Shown here: piece by piece, positions 38,532-52,364 of the stretch
Position numbering within the stretch: position 1 is the stretch's first letter
Layout of the letters: every line of letters starts with the position of its first letter
NCBI RefSeq assembly: GCF_035594765.1
Contig: NC_085842.1
Coordinates: 20,002,782-20,066,781, forward strand
Source: Anolis carolinensis
Lineage: Eukaryota
Direction of reading: 5' to 3'
Length of the DNA stretch: 64,000 bases
Program-made: the position numbers and the translations under genes
The notes under the pieces: generated by a model
What the model was told of the DNA's origin: nothing
The model's database searches: none
What the model saw: the letters and a program-made list of their open reading frames with translations, nothing else

Positions 38532-39368
38532 GGAAGAGGGGACATACTTTCACATTTGGTAGAAGTGTAAAAAAACAAAAGAATTCTGGTCTAGAATTCA
38601 TGAAAGTCTAGAAATGATTTTAGACAAGAGATTTAATAAATCACCCGAAACGTACCTATTAGGCATTTCAAATTTTCCCCCCGGGCTCAAATGAAGAAAA
38701 AATTGTAACATATTTAACAGCAGCCAGAATCATATACGGGAGATTTTGGAGACAAAAAGAAATACCTAATAAACAGATTGGCTAATCAAAATCTCAGAAA
38801 TAAAAAAACATGGACAGACTAACCTTTTTAACGGCTAAGCAACAGGGAAAACCAAGAAAAGAGACAAAGTGGCAACAAGTGGAGAACTATATAAACAGGA
38901 AGGAGAAAGAAAAATATATATATATATAGGGGGGAAAAAGATATCTTTTTAAATAAGATACCAGGCAGACCTATCTACTAGATAAGGAAAAAGATATACA
39001 CATACATATATACACACCAAAAAGTAGTAAGAATTGGATGAAGATTGAGAAAGAAGAAAGAACAGATGCAATATACCTCACCGGAAAAGACTTGGAAGAT
39101 CTACCCTTTTATTTTTATTTTATTTTCTTTCTTTATTTTTCTCCCTCTCTTTAAGCTTATTTATTTCTATCTCTCTTCTTTCCCCTTTCTTTCCCTACTC
39201 AAATCCCTCTTTTCCCTTCCCCCTTCTCTTCATTTCTTTCTTACACCTCTCTCTCTCTCTCTTTTTTTTTCTTCTATTTTTCTATATTTTATCAAAAATG
39301 GATGGAAAACCTTCAATAAAGATATTTTATCAAAAATGGATGGAAAACCTTCAATAAAGATTTTTTTA
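38532..39368 (+). mobile_element. 5'-truncated L1-clade LINE 3' end
   Basis: GTYFHIW..C..TKEFW...PETYLLG...AARIIYGRFWRQ ORF2 C-terminus; AATAAA tail; long flanking direct repeat. Confidence 0.75.
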
Positions 39369-39700
39369 AAAATTGATTACGTCACAAGCATCTTACTTAA
39401 CAAGCATACAATTCCATTGGTTTCTCTGTTCCATTGAGCAAAAAGCAACGTATGAGTCTTTAGACAATGGCGCTTTCATGTCACTGACCCTGAGCACAGC
39501 ACCTGCGGGACAGGCTTATCTACTTCTGTTGCAAACAAACATAACTTCAAAATGGCTGCGAAACTTAGGGAGTACTACCTAACCAGTTCTGTCCTGATGT
39601 GAAGTAACTTCCTCTCTGCAGCATCTCATTTTCCAAACATCAGCGTTTTCTCTCAAGACATGGGCCTCACACAATGACCTTTTGCAAATTAGATCAAATA

Positions 39701-40023
39701 CAGTAGAGTCTCACTTATCCAAGCTAAACGGGCTGGCAAAAGCTTGGATAAGCGAATATCTTGGATAATAAGGAGGGATTAAGGAAAAGACTATTAAACA
39801 TCAAATTAGGGTATGATTTTACAAATTAAGCACCAAAACATTGTGTTATACAACAAACTTGACAGAAAAAGTAGTTCAATACACAGTAATGTTATGTTGT
39901 AATTACTGTATTTACGAATTTAGCACCAAAATATCACGATATATTGAAAACATTGACTACAAAAATGGCTTGGATAATCCAGAAGCTTGGATAAACGAGG
40001 CTTGGATAAGTGAGACTCTACTG
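39701..40023. mobile_element. Tc1/Tigger-like MITE
   Basis: Same TIRs, TA TSD. Confidence 0.88.
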
Positions 40024-40588
40024 TAGCAGTAAATCAAGACATATGGGACTTACAGTCATTGGAAGTATCCCTGAAAATTCCCTTTTAACACCAGTCCCCC
40101 TCACTGGGAGTTCCAGTCCAACAGGATCGAGAGGGAGAAATCATTCCCTGCCTCGTGTCCACGATTTCGAGGCCATTCTCTGCGTTTGTAAGCACTGATA
40201 TCACATTCACTGAGAAATAACCCTCTAGATCAGCAGCTCTTCCTGCAGAACGTGGCTCTAAAGGGGAGAAGGGGCTGGACTAGATGGCCTCGGGTGCCCC
40301 TCCCTCCTCTCTGGCCCCCACTTTCCCTCCTTCTTCAACCACTTCTTAGCTCCTCATCAACGTTGTTGTTATTACCCCTCTTTTCCTCCCATATTTGGAA
40401 CCCAAAGCAGCCTTAAAAAGCCAGGGGAGTGAAGGGCCTTCCTTCCTCCTCCAGTGGAGACGCGCCCAGGGCCCTCACTCTCCTCCCCGCCCTCCGGCTC
40501 TGCCTCGTCCTGCTCCCGAGGGAGGAAGGAAGGAAGGAAACACGGCCCACCAGACCCGCCTTGCCTTTCTCTTCATGTCTTCCCTCAC

Positions 40589-40907
40589 CTTCTTCCCTCT
40601 AAACCCAAGAACTCCGCCTCAGGCGTTTCTCTTTTTCCTCCAAAATCCTCCCAGAAAGAAAAACAAAAGGCACGAGTTCCTCAAGAAGCCGCGTTTGGAG
40701 GAGAAGCCGGACCAGGAAAAGGAAGACACAGCCCACATCCGCCCAAAACAAAACACCGCCGGAAGTCCTCTCTAGCCACCTGGAGTTCCAGGTCTCGGAG
40801 GTTTGCCTCAAAGCAGCCTTTGGTCCTCCAGGCTTTGGACTTCAACTCCCAGAAGCCTCCGCTCCCTTGGACAAGAATGCCTGGAAGAGCCGGGCCTGGG
40901 AAACACG
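40589..40907 (-). promoter_or_regulatory. Gene C putative promoter and non-coding exon 1
   Basis: Paralogous block with the same donor and motifs. Confidence 0.65.
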
Positions 40908-41448
40908 TGGGTTTTGAAACTGAGAGGAAATGCTTTTTTTAACGGGAGGAAATTTCTCTGACCATGTTTTAATAAAGTTCCTTTCCCCACGTTACCCATA
41001 AGAAGTGCAAATCAGGTCTGCTCTTTCAAATTATGTGTTCTAGAATTTTATTCTTTTTATTTATTCTTGCATTTCGATTAACCTCTCCATCGTTCTTATG
41101 TTCTATAAAGTGTTTTACAAATTCCTCTTCCATCGGGCTGTGGTGGAGGCTCCTTCTTTGGAGGCTTTTAAGCAGAGGCTGGATGGCCATCTGTCGGGGG
41201 TGCTTTGAATGTGATTTACTGCTTCTTAGCGGGGGGTTGGACTGGATGGCCCATGAGGTCTCTTCCAACTCTACTATTCTATGATTCTATGATCGTCCTT
41301 TCCACTCCCAAGCTTCCTCTCTGCCTGTCCTTTATCCAAGGTGTGCTGCTGAACTTGTCTGGAGATGGATGATGTTCCCCTGAATTGCAAAGGGGCAAAG
41401 AAAGTGGTTTCCTCTGCAGTGAAGCCTCCTGCACTTTGCGCCCATTGT

Positions 41449-41720
41449 CGGTCTCCCATCCAAGTGCAAACCAAGGCTGACCCTGCTTAGCTTCCAAGAT
41501 CACATCAACTGCCTTCAATGCCTTTAGTATTAAGGTGCACCCTGTGCCTTCTATTCACTGGTGGGTTCATGCAGCCCCATGAATTACAAGGGGGTCTTCT
41601 CAGGTAAGGGGTGACTGGTTTTGCCAGTTCCTCCTCTGAAACAGAGCCCAGGACACTTGGGGTGTGTTGGGGTCTCCCATCCAAGTACTAACCAGGGCTG
41701 ACCCTGCTTAGCTTCCCAGG
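41449..41720 (-). mobile_element. 5S rRNA-derived SINE fragments (two copies; a third near 48724-48770)
   Basis: Reverse complement GGAAGCTAAGCAGGGTCAGCCCTGGTTAGTACTTGGATGGGAGACC matches the 5S internal control region. Confidence 0.7.
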
Positions 41721-43611
41721 GCAGATGGGATGTAGTGCTTTAGGGCATTTGTATTTTTTAAATCTTTGAGTTCCCTCAAATTGTTCATGACTTTTGGCCG
41801 TCCTAGAGTGAACCCAGCATAAGTTTTCCTGGCAATCTTTGTTTTGCGGGAGGAGTTGCCCTGCCTTCTACAGGAGCTGAGAGAGTGTGACGTGCCCAAG
41901 GTCACCGAGTTGAGTTTCACAGCTGAGTGGAGATTCACACCAACTGTGAATACTGGGGGAAATTTTGGAGGATTGACCCAAGATTTTTGGGAATTGTAGT
42001 TCACCCACATCCTTATGCATTATCTTATGGGAACATTCATAAAAAACCAAAGCAAAGACTGAGGGGTTTTTTTGGTAAGAAATAGTGTAACATAGGACCA
42101 AACAGATATTATCTCACATCCAAAAACAAACAAGGCCCTTTTCAAATAACCCAGGCACTGCCAGGTACCAAAGCTAGTACTCGTATAGAAGTCAACATCA
42201 TATATATGTTGTGGGCTGGTTTTGGGGCCAAAGCTTTGGGTTTTAACATCCTCTCTGTGGCTCCCAGAGGCCTCCTACCCAAGCATTCAAATGGCATTAG
42301 CAATGCCGTGGTTGAGAGAAGGGTCGGTGTTTCTTTTAGGTTCTTCCAGGATGGATAAGGGATCATCTTTTGCCACCCTACTCGGATACAGCTATGGGCC
42401 CTGATACAGACAGGGGCTGGATGAGGCCCTTGGAGGTCAGTTCCCCAGCCCTGCTCCTAAACTTTGGTTTCAGGGTCACCTTCAATCTGAAATGATTTGA
42501 AGGTACACAAAAGCAACAATCCTAATTAACTTGACTTTCCCCTCTCCCTTCTTTGAAAGAACTTTATAAGTCCTGCAGCCTTAAGAAAACTCAGAACATT
42601 CTGAAGGACCAATTTAACCCGACATATTCTTTTTTTTTTTGGGGGGGGGGGGGGAGGGGAATTATTACCATATGGCAGGCAGTACAAGATGACAAAAACA
42701 AGGACAGACTGAAAGACAGCTTTTATCCTAGAGCTGTAACAATGTTGAACTCCATGGTTTTGCACTGATGTGGCACTGGGGGCTGTGTGGTGGTGGTTGG
42801 AGCGTTGAGGGATGGTGTGTTATTTTTGTGATGTCTGCTGGGGAGAGCATTTAATTTCGTTGTACAAACTATAATCACAATAAAGTCATTCTATTCCATT
42901 CAAATAAGATAGGGCCTCCACCATCTTTATATACCAGGGGTGGTATATAAAGAAAGGGTGAAACTTTATGGAGGGAGATGGGGGATGGTGGTGGGGGAAA
43001 AGAAGGGATCTGTGTCAATTACTGTAATAGCATGTTTTATGCATATGTCTTTGTTTGATGTTTTTATAGTTTTAATGGTTTTAATCTACAGTTGTATGTA
43101 TTTTATTTAGATATGTGATATATTTTTATATAATTGTAAGGCATTGATTTCTGCCATTTATTATGTTGTAAACCGCTTTGAGTCCCCCCAGGGGTGAGAA
43201 AAGCAGTATAGAAATGCAGTTAATAATAAGATAGGCGCTGTGTGCATAGAAATTTGTTCATTATTTTTACTAACTATAGTGCAGCCTCCCAACAGTCTGA
43301 GGGACCATGAACTGGCCCTCTGCTTTAAAAGTGTGAGTACGCCTGGTATAGGGTATTCCTTTTTGAGAGGTCACTAGACTGTCCATTCCATTCGGTGAAA
43401 AGACTAACACAGCCATGCCAGCATTCAGCAAATGATGATTTTCGTGAGGCATCTTCTCTCACCATGGATTTTCTGATGTAAAGTCAGGCTAGTACTTTGG
43501 CTGAAACTCTTCCCACAATCTGAACAGGAGTACGGTTTCCCTCTGGTGTGGATTCTCTGATGTCTGACAAAGGGGGACCGGTCACTGTACCTCTTTCCGC
43601 ACCCTGTACGT

Positions 43612-44621
43612 TTATAGGGCTTCTCCCCAGTGTGAATGCTTCTCTCCAGTGTGAATCTTCTGGTGTTTCTTGAGATTGGCACTCTGACTAAAGCATTTCC
43701 CACACTCCAAACACTGATACGGCTTCTCCCCTGTGTGAATTTTCTGGTGTGTCTTGAGGGTGGCCCCCTGCCCAAAGCATTTCCCACACTCCAAGCACTG
43801 ATACGGCTTCTCTCTGGTGTGGATTCTCTTATGTCTGATAAAGGTAGACTGGTGACTGAAACTCTTTCCGCACTCTGTACATTTATAGGGCTTCTCCCCA
43901 GTGTGAATCTTCTGGTGTGTCTTGAGACTGTTACGCCGACCAAAGGATTTCCCACATTCCAAGCACTGATACGGCTTCTCCCCGGTGTGGATTATCTGGT
44001 GCGACTTGAGATGAGCACTCTGACCAAAGCATTCCCCACATTCCAAGCACTGATATGGCTTTTCCCCGGTATGGATTATCTGGTGTGACTTAAGATGGGC
44101 CTTCTGACCAAAGCATTCCCCACACTCCAAGCACTGATACGGCTTCTCACCGGTGTGGATTCTCTTATGGGAAGTAAGGTGTGAACTCCAACCAAAGCAT
44201 TTCCCACACTCCAAACATTTAAACAGCTTCTTCCCTTTTGGGATCCTTGGATGGTTCATTTTACCAAGATCTGAATTCATACACTGTCTCCTATCTGTAG
44301 GAATACTTTGATTCAGGGATATGTTGGAACTTGATGTATTTGCAAACATTAAATCTGATTCATTCTCAGGGTGAAGTCTACTAAGAACACTGGAGAAAGC
44401 AGACCCCTTTTTTTCTTCCTCGCTTTCCTGCTGGATTGAGATTTCTTGTGAGTCTTCCACCTGAAATGGGAAGGACGTTTCTTCCGGCTCTTCCGTGTGG
44501 CTTTCATCTTGGCTCACTGGCCCATCTTGGCTCCAAAAATTCTCCTTCAATGCTTCACTCTCTGTTCTTTCTGAGGAATCCTCACTTAGTTGTCCCTCAT
44601 TCTCACTTTTATTTTCATCAC
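43612..44621 (-). CDS. Gene D terminal exon: 7 intact C2H2 fingers, then frameshift (spliced protein 620 aa)
   Basis: caacag|GT acceptor; doubled linker ATTCACACTGGAGAGAAGC-ATTCACACTGGGGAGAAG shifts frame; two more finger units lie out of frame downstream. Confidence 0.88.
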
Positions 44622-45620
44622 CTGTTGGAAATAGAGCAGAAGGCAAAAAAGACCCATCCTCAAAATCAAAATTGTATAATCTGAGGTTTCTGAATCTTGG
44701 ATAAGAGTCAAAAGTAATTTTGGAACCTATAGTGTTTTTCTATTATTATTTTTTCATTTTCTTCTGTTCCTCACACAGCATCAATTTCTGTGGTTTAACA
44801 AGCTTCATGTTTATTTATTCAGATTTCTTCCCTTATACAGCTCCTTCATTAGGTATAGCAACAGCCATCAACCCACACACAACATGGATTATGGGAAGGG
44901 TAGGAGACTTTGCCACAAACTAAGAGGGCAACTTTGTCCACACGTCTCCTCAGGAAATGTGGAGTCCCCTTCTCTGGAAGTTTTTAAACAGAGATGGAAA
45001 ATCTATATGTTGGGGTGCTTTGAGTGTGTTTTTCTGCATGGCTGAATGGAAATGGACTAAATAGTCCTTGCAGGTGTCTTCCAACTCTATGATTCTATGT
45101 CATCACAGGACTCACTGGTAACCCCATCACCCACAATATTAGACATATTTTACGGCTTCCAGAACAGCAGAACCCGTATGTACAGTTTCACTTGCTTACA
45201 ATTAAGGGAAAATGATCTCTGAAGGCATTTGCTAAAATAGATCCTACGGTGTGATTCTATGGTATGTTTCCCCTGGCTATTTTTGAACTTTGATGGCCAG
45301 ATCTGGAAATAATAATCCAGGTGGGGACTGACCAGAGACAATGAAGCTTTCCAGGCCATGGGTCTGCCCATAACTTTGGGAAGTCCCTTAATTTACCCCA
45401 GGAAAGGGGAAACTTTGGCCTCCCGGATATTACAATATTCAGTCTTCTCTGGCAAAGCATTACAGGAGCTTGGAGCCCCATATACCTTGCAGAGCCTTGG
45501 GCTTAGACTATGCAAAGGTCTAAGGGAAGGATCTACTCAGGGGGAGAAGCAGCCACAGTGTGGTGGTTAGTCTAGGAAGAATATCACCAACATCCAAGGA
45601 CGCAAACAGACCATTCTTAC

Positions 45621-45747
45621 CCAAGAGTGCAGCATCCCCATCGTCATCTTCCTGTTTTGTCTCCACACTAAGCTTCTTCTGCTCCATCTCAGGCAGGGCT
45701 TGGACACCTTCAGGGGAAACCACCATCTCCTCTTCCTCTAACGACAC
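45621..45747 (-). CDS. Gene D coding exon 2: 127-nt degenerate KRAB-A-like exon
   Basis: ttttag|GTG...TTG G|gtaaga; 127 nt. Confidence 0.85.
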
Positions 45748-46287
45748 CTAAAATATCACTTGTTAGCCAAATGTATATCTTACATATATGGCTTTCCTCT
45801 GCTCTACACAGTCCTCAAAGTATTTGTAAAGTAAGTCAGTGCCCGAGAAAAAAACTGGCCCAGGATCACAGAATGAGTTTAATGGTCCTGAAGTGACTTG
45901 AACCCAGATCTCACAAGTCACAATCCCACATTAAACCTACTGCCTGGGCATTTGATGGGGGCTGTATTTGCTCTTTGCAGTGCACTCCTCACCCACACTC
46001 TATTTCAACTTTTCTTAAAGTAAAATCTCATGGGAATTTGTGGCCATTTTGCCACGTTTTTCTCATTCCATGACTGTTTCGGGCACAAAAGAAGCCTTTT
46101 TAAAATCACAAAATAAACTGAGAGTTAAGTATTGGGGCAGAGGGGATGCTGGGAGAACTATGAAAGCTCAAAGACATCCCCATACAGTCTACATTCAGTT
46201 ACTGCTACCCTGGCTAGATAAGTGAAGAAGATCTGCTGGCACAAAGCTGCCCTTTGGGAAGTCTGGACCCCAATGAATGGTCTTCAC

Positions 46288-47013
46288 CTGGTTCGCCTGA
46301 CGCCTGGACTCTCGCTGCTTCTGAAGGAAGTCCTCTGCCAAGGCCACCGCCTGGGAGCAAGTCTCTGGACCACATTCCTTGACCCAGGCCTCTATCTCTG
46401 GAGGCAGGACGGCCAAGAACTGCTCCAAGACCAGCAGCTCCAGGATCTGCTCCTTCGAATGCCTTTCAGCTTTCAGCCACCGGCAACACAGTTCCTGAAG
46501 CTGCCCGTAAGCACTTCTTGGCCCCTCGGCCTCCCGGTAGCAGAAACGCCGGAAACACTGCCGCTGCTCCTCCCTCCGCATGGCATCTTCGTGCAAGATG
46601 GCGGCCTTCACTTTCCCATAATCCTCCCTGCCTTCGGCCTCCAGGCCAGTGAAGGCCCGCTTGGGCTCTCCGCTCAATGCTGGCAGGAGCCGGGGCACCC
46701 ACTCTTCCTTGGGCCACCGGCAGGCTTGGGCCACTTGCTCAAAGGAGGCCAGGAAGGCTTTGGCGTCATTCCACGGCTCCTCCCTCGACTGAGAGGTGCC
46801 CCAGTTTGGGTGAGGGCCTTCTAGGCCCTTCAGGAACTCCTGCCATTGGGTTTCCCACTGCTGAAGAGAGTCTTTGTTGGGCTCCTGTTTCACCTCCGTT
46901 GGTCTCCTTGGCAGGAATGCCTCCGTCGTCCCAACATGGCAGCTCCCTCTCACTTCCCGTGACTCTTGCCCTGGTATAAGACTTGTAAGGTCTTCTCGGA
47001 TCTCCATTTTCAT
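46288..47013 (-). CDS. Gene D coding exon 1: extended SCAN
   Basis: Paralog; CAG|gtgaag donor; 726 nt. Confidence 0.9.
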
Positions 47014-47832
47014 CTTCGGACAATACTAGCCTGACACGGTGGGAAATGCTAGACTCTACTGCAGCAGTCGAAACATCCACATGGAGCTTTCTGCCTGGAA
47101 AACCGGAAGAAAAAAAATAAGAATATTGCACAATATTCAGATTTTAAAGAGAAATATTTAAGAAAACAAAGATGCAGGGCTGAAATGGAACTGGCCATTG
47201 AATAAGAAACCATGGAAAGGGAGAAACAGCCTTGGCCAAGGGCTCCCCAAACTGAGGCCTGCAGGTCGGTGCTGCCCCTCCAAGGCCCTTCACTTGGCCC
47301 CTGGCCTAAACCTGAGTCTCAGGGTTGTCCTAAGTCTGCAATGACTTGAAGGTAAACAACAACACCAGTCCTAACAAACCCGACTATCTCATCAGCCAAA
47401 AGCAGGGCCACACTTCCCATTGAAATACCGATGCCTTTATGTTGGTTAAAATAGTTCTTCATTTAAAATATTGTATTGTTCTTTCATGGTATTATTGCCC
47501 TAGAAATGAGACATGTGCTGTGTGCATTTATTACCCCCCTCTTCCTACATTCTAAAGTAGAATTAAACTGGTGACAATAACTGAGGGTCCATCTCTGCTG
47601 CCGAATAATGCAGTTCAGTGCCCCTTTTAACTGCCAGCCTCAAGGCTATAGGATCAGGGCAGCTGTAGTTTGGGGAGGAACCAGCACTATTTGGCAGAGA
47701 CGGGAAAGACCTTGTGAAACTGCAGTTCCCAGCATCCCCTGCCTCCCAGGACTCTCCCCTTGCCACCCTCCTGCCCTCCCTCATCCTGCTCCCAAGGGAG
47801 GAAGGAGAGGAAACATTTCCCATCAGACCCAC

Positions 47833-48197
47833 CTTTCCTTCTTGAATCTTCCCTCCAGTTTCTTCCCTCTAAACCCAAGAACTCCGCCTCAGATGTTTCT
47901 CCTTTTCCTCCAAAAAAGAAAAGCAAAAGGCACGAGTTTCCCAAGAAGCCGCGTTTGGAAGAGAAGCCGGACCAGGAAGAGGAGGACACAGGTCACATCC
48001 GCCCAAAACAAAACACCGCAGGAAGTCCTCTCTAGCCACCTGGAGTTCCAGATCTCGGAGGTTTGCCTTAAAGTGGCCTTTGGTCCTACAGGCTTTTGGA
48101 CTTCAACTCCCAGAAGCCTCCGCTTCCTTGGACAAGGAGCAGGAATTCTGGGAACTGAAGTCCAAATCTTCCTGGAAGAGCCGAGCTTGGGAAACAC
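47833..48197 (-). promoter_or_regulatory. Gene D putative promoter and non-coding exon 1
   Basis: Paralogous block; homologous donor altered, candidate AAAG|gtgggt at 47832. Confidence 0.55.
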
Positions 48198-48814
48198 ATG
48201 CGTTTTGAAGCTGGGAGGAAATGCTTTTCTCAACGGGGAAGAAATTCCTCTGGCCATTTTTAATAAGTAATTTTTCCAGCCTACCCATAAGTGCAAATAA
48301 GTACTGTTTTTTTTTTTAAAAAAAATTATGTATTCTTGAATTTTATTATTTTATTCATCCTGTATTTTAGAATTTTTATTACTTTTTCTATATTATTTTA
48401 TTTATTCTTGTATTTTTGTTAACATTTCCATCATTCTCATAGTCTATACGAGCCCCGGTGGCAAGTGCATTAAAGCACTGAGCTGGAGACTGAAAGGTGC
48501 CAGGTTCAAACCCCAGGAGCGGCGGGAGCGGCCGCTGTGAGCCCCAGCTCCTGCCAACCTAGCAGTTCGAAAACATGCCAATGTGAAACATGCCTGCCAT
48601 AGACGTGGGCGAAACGTCAGGAGAGAATACTTCTGGAATATGGCCATACAGCCCGGAAAACATATAACTACCCAAAGGTGGGTTTCCTCTGCAATAAAGC
48701 CTCCAGCACTTTGGACTCCATGTCGGTCTCCCATCCAAGTGCAAACCAAGGCTGTAGCTTCCAAGATAGATCCGTTGAACTGCCTTCAGGGTATTTAGTA
48801 TTAAGGTGCCTTCA

Positions 48815-49028
48815 ACTCACTCGCTCAGCAAAACAGCAGAGTTCTTAGGTGGCTGAAGAGACCTATTCTTGATCTGCATCTTCTCCCGCAGTGAGGACAT
48901 TGGTTTCCAGGTGGAAGGCAGTCCTGGTCAGGGTTGGCTTGACGGGCCTTCCTCTTGGCACGTTTCTCCCTTAAGCCCTCCATTCGTGCCTCTTCAAACT
49001 CCGCAGCACTGCTGGTTGCAGCTGACCA
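48815..49028 (-). mobile_element. RTE-clade LINE 3' end
   Basis: FEEARMEGLREKRAKRKARQ...CPHCGRRCRSRIGLFSHLR on the - strand. Confidence 0.75.
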
Positions 49029-49443
49029 TGAATGTATAGCGCAGGGGTCCCAAAACTAAGTCCCACGGGCTAGATGAGGCCCTCACAAGGTCATTTGCCC
49101 AGCCCATGTACTAAACTTCAGTCTCAGGGCCGGCCTAAATCTGAAAGAACTTGCAGGCAAATAACAACAATCCTAGCTAACTTGACCATCTCATCAGCCC
49201 AAAGCAGATCCACACTTCCCACTGAAATAATGGTAAATTTATGTTGTTTAGAATTGTCCTTCATATTAACTATTGTATTGTTCTTTCATATTTTTTTGCT
49301 CAACAAATAAGATATGTGCAGTGTGTGTAGAATTTAATTCATTTTTTTCCAACCTGTAATCATAACTCCCAATGGTCTCAGGGAGAGTGAATCCAGCCCT
49401 CTGCTTTAAAACTTTGAGGACGCCTGATAATAGGGCTTTATTT

Positions 49444-50621
49444 TTAAGGTGCTACTAGACTGATTGTTGGATTAGGTGGAGAGACTAACACAGTCATGCC
49501 AGTATTCAGCTGGTTATTCCCACTGATATTTGTGTGGCAGCTTCTTTGGCCGTGAATTCTTTGATGTAAAGTCAGGTTGGTACTTTGCCTGAATCCCTTC
49601 CCGCACTCTGCACAGGTGTACGGTTTCTCTCCGGTGTGGATTCTCTTATGTCTAACAAGGCTGGACTGATCACGGAAGCTCTTACCACATTCGGAGCAGG
49701 AAAATGGCTTCTCCCCTGTGTGAATCCGTTGATGGAAGCTTAGGCTTCCCTGGTGGCTGAAACTTTTTTCACACTCTATACATTTATAGGGCTTCTCCCT
49801 GCTGTGGATTACCTGGTGTGATTTGAGATGGGTACTCCGACCAAAGCATTTATCACACTCCAAGCATTGATACGGCTTCTCCCCAGTGTGGATTATCTCG
49901 TGTGACTTAAGATGGGCACTCCGGCCAAAGCATTTCCCACACTCCAAGCACTGATACGGTTTCTCCCCGGTGTGCATCTGTTGATGTAAGCTAAGGCTTC
50001 CATGGTGGCTGAAACCCTTTCCGCACTCTGTACATTTATAGGGCTTCTCCCTGGTGTGGAGTACCTGGTGTGACTTGAGATGGGCACTCCGACCAAAGCA
50101 TTTCCCACATTCGGAGCACTGGTACGGCTTCTCTCCTGTGTGAATTATCTGGTGAGACAAGAGATGGGTCTTCCGACCAAAGCATTTCTCACACTCCAAA
50201 CATTTATACAGCTTCTCCTCTTTTTGGATCCTTGGATGTTTCATCTTATCAGGATTTGAATTCATAAACTGTCTCTCATCTGCAGAAATACTTTGATTCC
50301 AGTATATGTTGGAACCTGTCCCTTCAGAAAGTGTTTCACATTCACTGGATTTGTCCTCAGAGTGAATTCTCCAATGAACTGTGGGGAAAGCAGTCTCATT
50401 TGTTTCTTTCCATCTTTCCTGCTGAACTGAGATTTTGTGGAAGTCTCCCAACTGAAATGGGAAAGATTCGGCTTTCACCTCCTCCAGGTGGCTTTCACTT
50501 CCTCCATTTTTGCTCGCTGGCCCGTCTTGGCTCCAAACATTTTCCTTCAATGCTTCACACTCTGTTCTTTCTGAGGAATCCCCACCTAGTTGCCCCTCAT
50601 TCTCACTTTTCAATTCATCAC
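49444..50621 (-). CDS. Gene E terminal exon: 8 intact C2H2 fingers (spliced protein 676 aa)
   Basis: caacag|GT acceptor; eight canonical fingers, open to the stop at 49444. Confidence 0.92.
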
Positions 50622-51668
50622 CTGTTGGAAATAAAGCAGAAAGACAAGTTACGGCCCATTCTCACAATGGCACCAGGAAGCTTCTCAGGAAGGTTTAAGG
50701 GGAACAAGACACAGTGGCTGCTCCCAAGACTTTGCAAATACTTTCTTGGCATAGTTAGGATCGTCCCTCCTTTCTTTCATTTCACTGACCAAGGAAAATT
50801 GTATAATCTGAGAAAGTTTCTGGATCTTGAATAAGTACTTAAAGAGATTTTTTTTCTGTTTTTCTATTTTTTCATTTCCTTCTGTTCCTCGCATAGCATT
50901 ATTTCTGTGGTTCAATAAACTTCATGTTTACTCATTCAGATTATTTCCCTTATAGCGTTCCTTCATCACATATAACAACAGTAATCAACCCACACACAAA
51001 ACACGGATTATGACAAGAGTACAAGAATTTGCCACAAACTAAGAGGGCAACTATGCCCACACGTCTTCTCAGGAAATTTAGAACCTCCTTCTTTGAAACA
51101 GAGGTGATATGGCCATCTGTCAGGATGTTTTGCATGGCAGAATGGAGATGGATCGCATGATCCTTATAGAATCAACTCTATGATTCTATATCATCGCAGG
51201 ACCCACAATCACCCACAATATTAGAAATATTTTACGACCTCTAGAATCCATATGTACGATTTCACTTACTTACACTAAAAGAAAATAATCTTTTTGGGCA
51301 TTTGCTAGATCCTCCAGTGTGATTCTATAGTATGTTTTTCTTGGACATTTTTGAACTTTAATGGCCAGAACTAGATACAATATTCCAGGGGAGAATTGAT
51401 CAGAGATTATGAGAATTTCCAGGCCAGGGGTCTGCCCATGCAGTCCCTTAACCCCAGGGAAAGGGAATCTTTGGCCTTCTAAATACTACACATTTCAATC
51501 CCCTTTGGCAAAGGTGGGAGCCCCATGTAGCCAGCAGACCCTTGGGCTTAGACCATCCAAAGGTCTAAGGGAAGGCCCTACTTAGGGGGAGAAGCAGCAT
51601 CACTGCTGTGATTAATCTAGGAAGAATATCATCAGCACCCAAGGACACAAACAGCCCATTCTTCTTAC

Positions 51669-51795
51669 CCAAGGGTCCAGTATCCCCGTCGTCATCTTCC
51701 TGTTTGATCTCCACACTAAGCTTCTTCTGCTCCATCTCAGGCAGGGCTTGGACACCTTCAGGAGAACCCGCCGTCTCCTCTCCCTCTAACGGCAC
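51669..51795 (-). CDS. Gene E coding exon 2: 127-nt degenerate KRAB-A-like exon
   Basis: ttttag|GTG...TTG G|gtaaga; 127 nt. Confidence 0.85.
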
Positions 51796-52364
51796 CTAAA
51801 ATATTTATCACTTGTTAGCCAAATGTAGATCTCATGTATATGGATTTTCTCTGCTCTACACCATCTTCAAAGTATTTGTGAGGTAGGTCAGGGCCACAGA
51901 AAATAACTAGCCCATGGGTTTCATGGTCCAGAAAGGATTTGAATTCAGATCTCACAAGTCATGATTACACATTAAACCTACTGCCTGGGCATAAGATGGG
52001 GGCTGCATTTGCTCTTTGCAGGGCACTTCTCACTCCCACTGTATTTCAATGTTTCCTTACATTAAAAACTTAGTATGACCACTTCCTCATGGGAATTTGT
52101 GAGGCAGTTTCATCGCGTTTTCTTCCTTTCCATGGTTGTTTCAGGCACAAAGGATGCTTTTTTAAAACCACAAATTAAGCTGAAAATTTAGAATCTTTTA
52201 AACTTGAAGCCAGATTAAAAAACCCAAATGATACAGGCTCAACGACAATACTAGATGTCAAAAAAGTCAACAAAATATTAGAGTTGCCAGAACGAAAATT
52301 TTCAAATTTCAAACCCCAACCCATATGTGAGTTACACAACATTGAGATGATGAACGGTCCTCAC

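Noticed and set aside
41670-41720. 5S rRNA gene
   Set aside because: Only about 50 nt of diverged internal 5S sequence; better explained as a 5S-derived SINE
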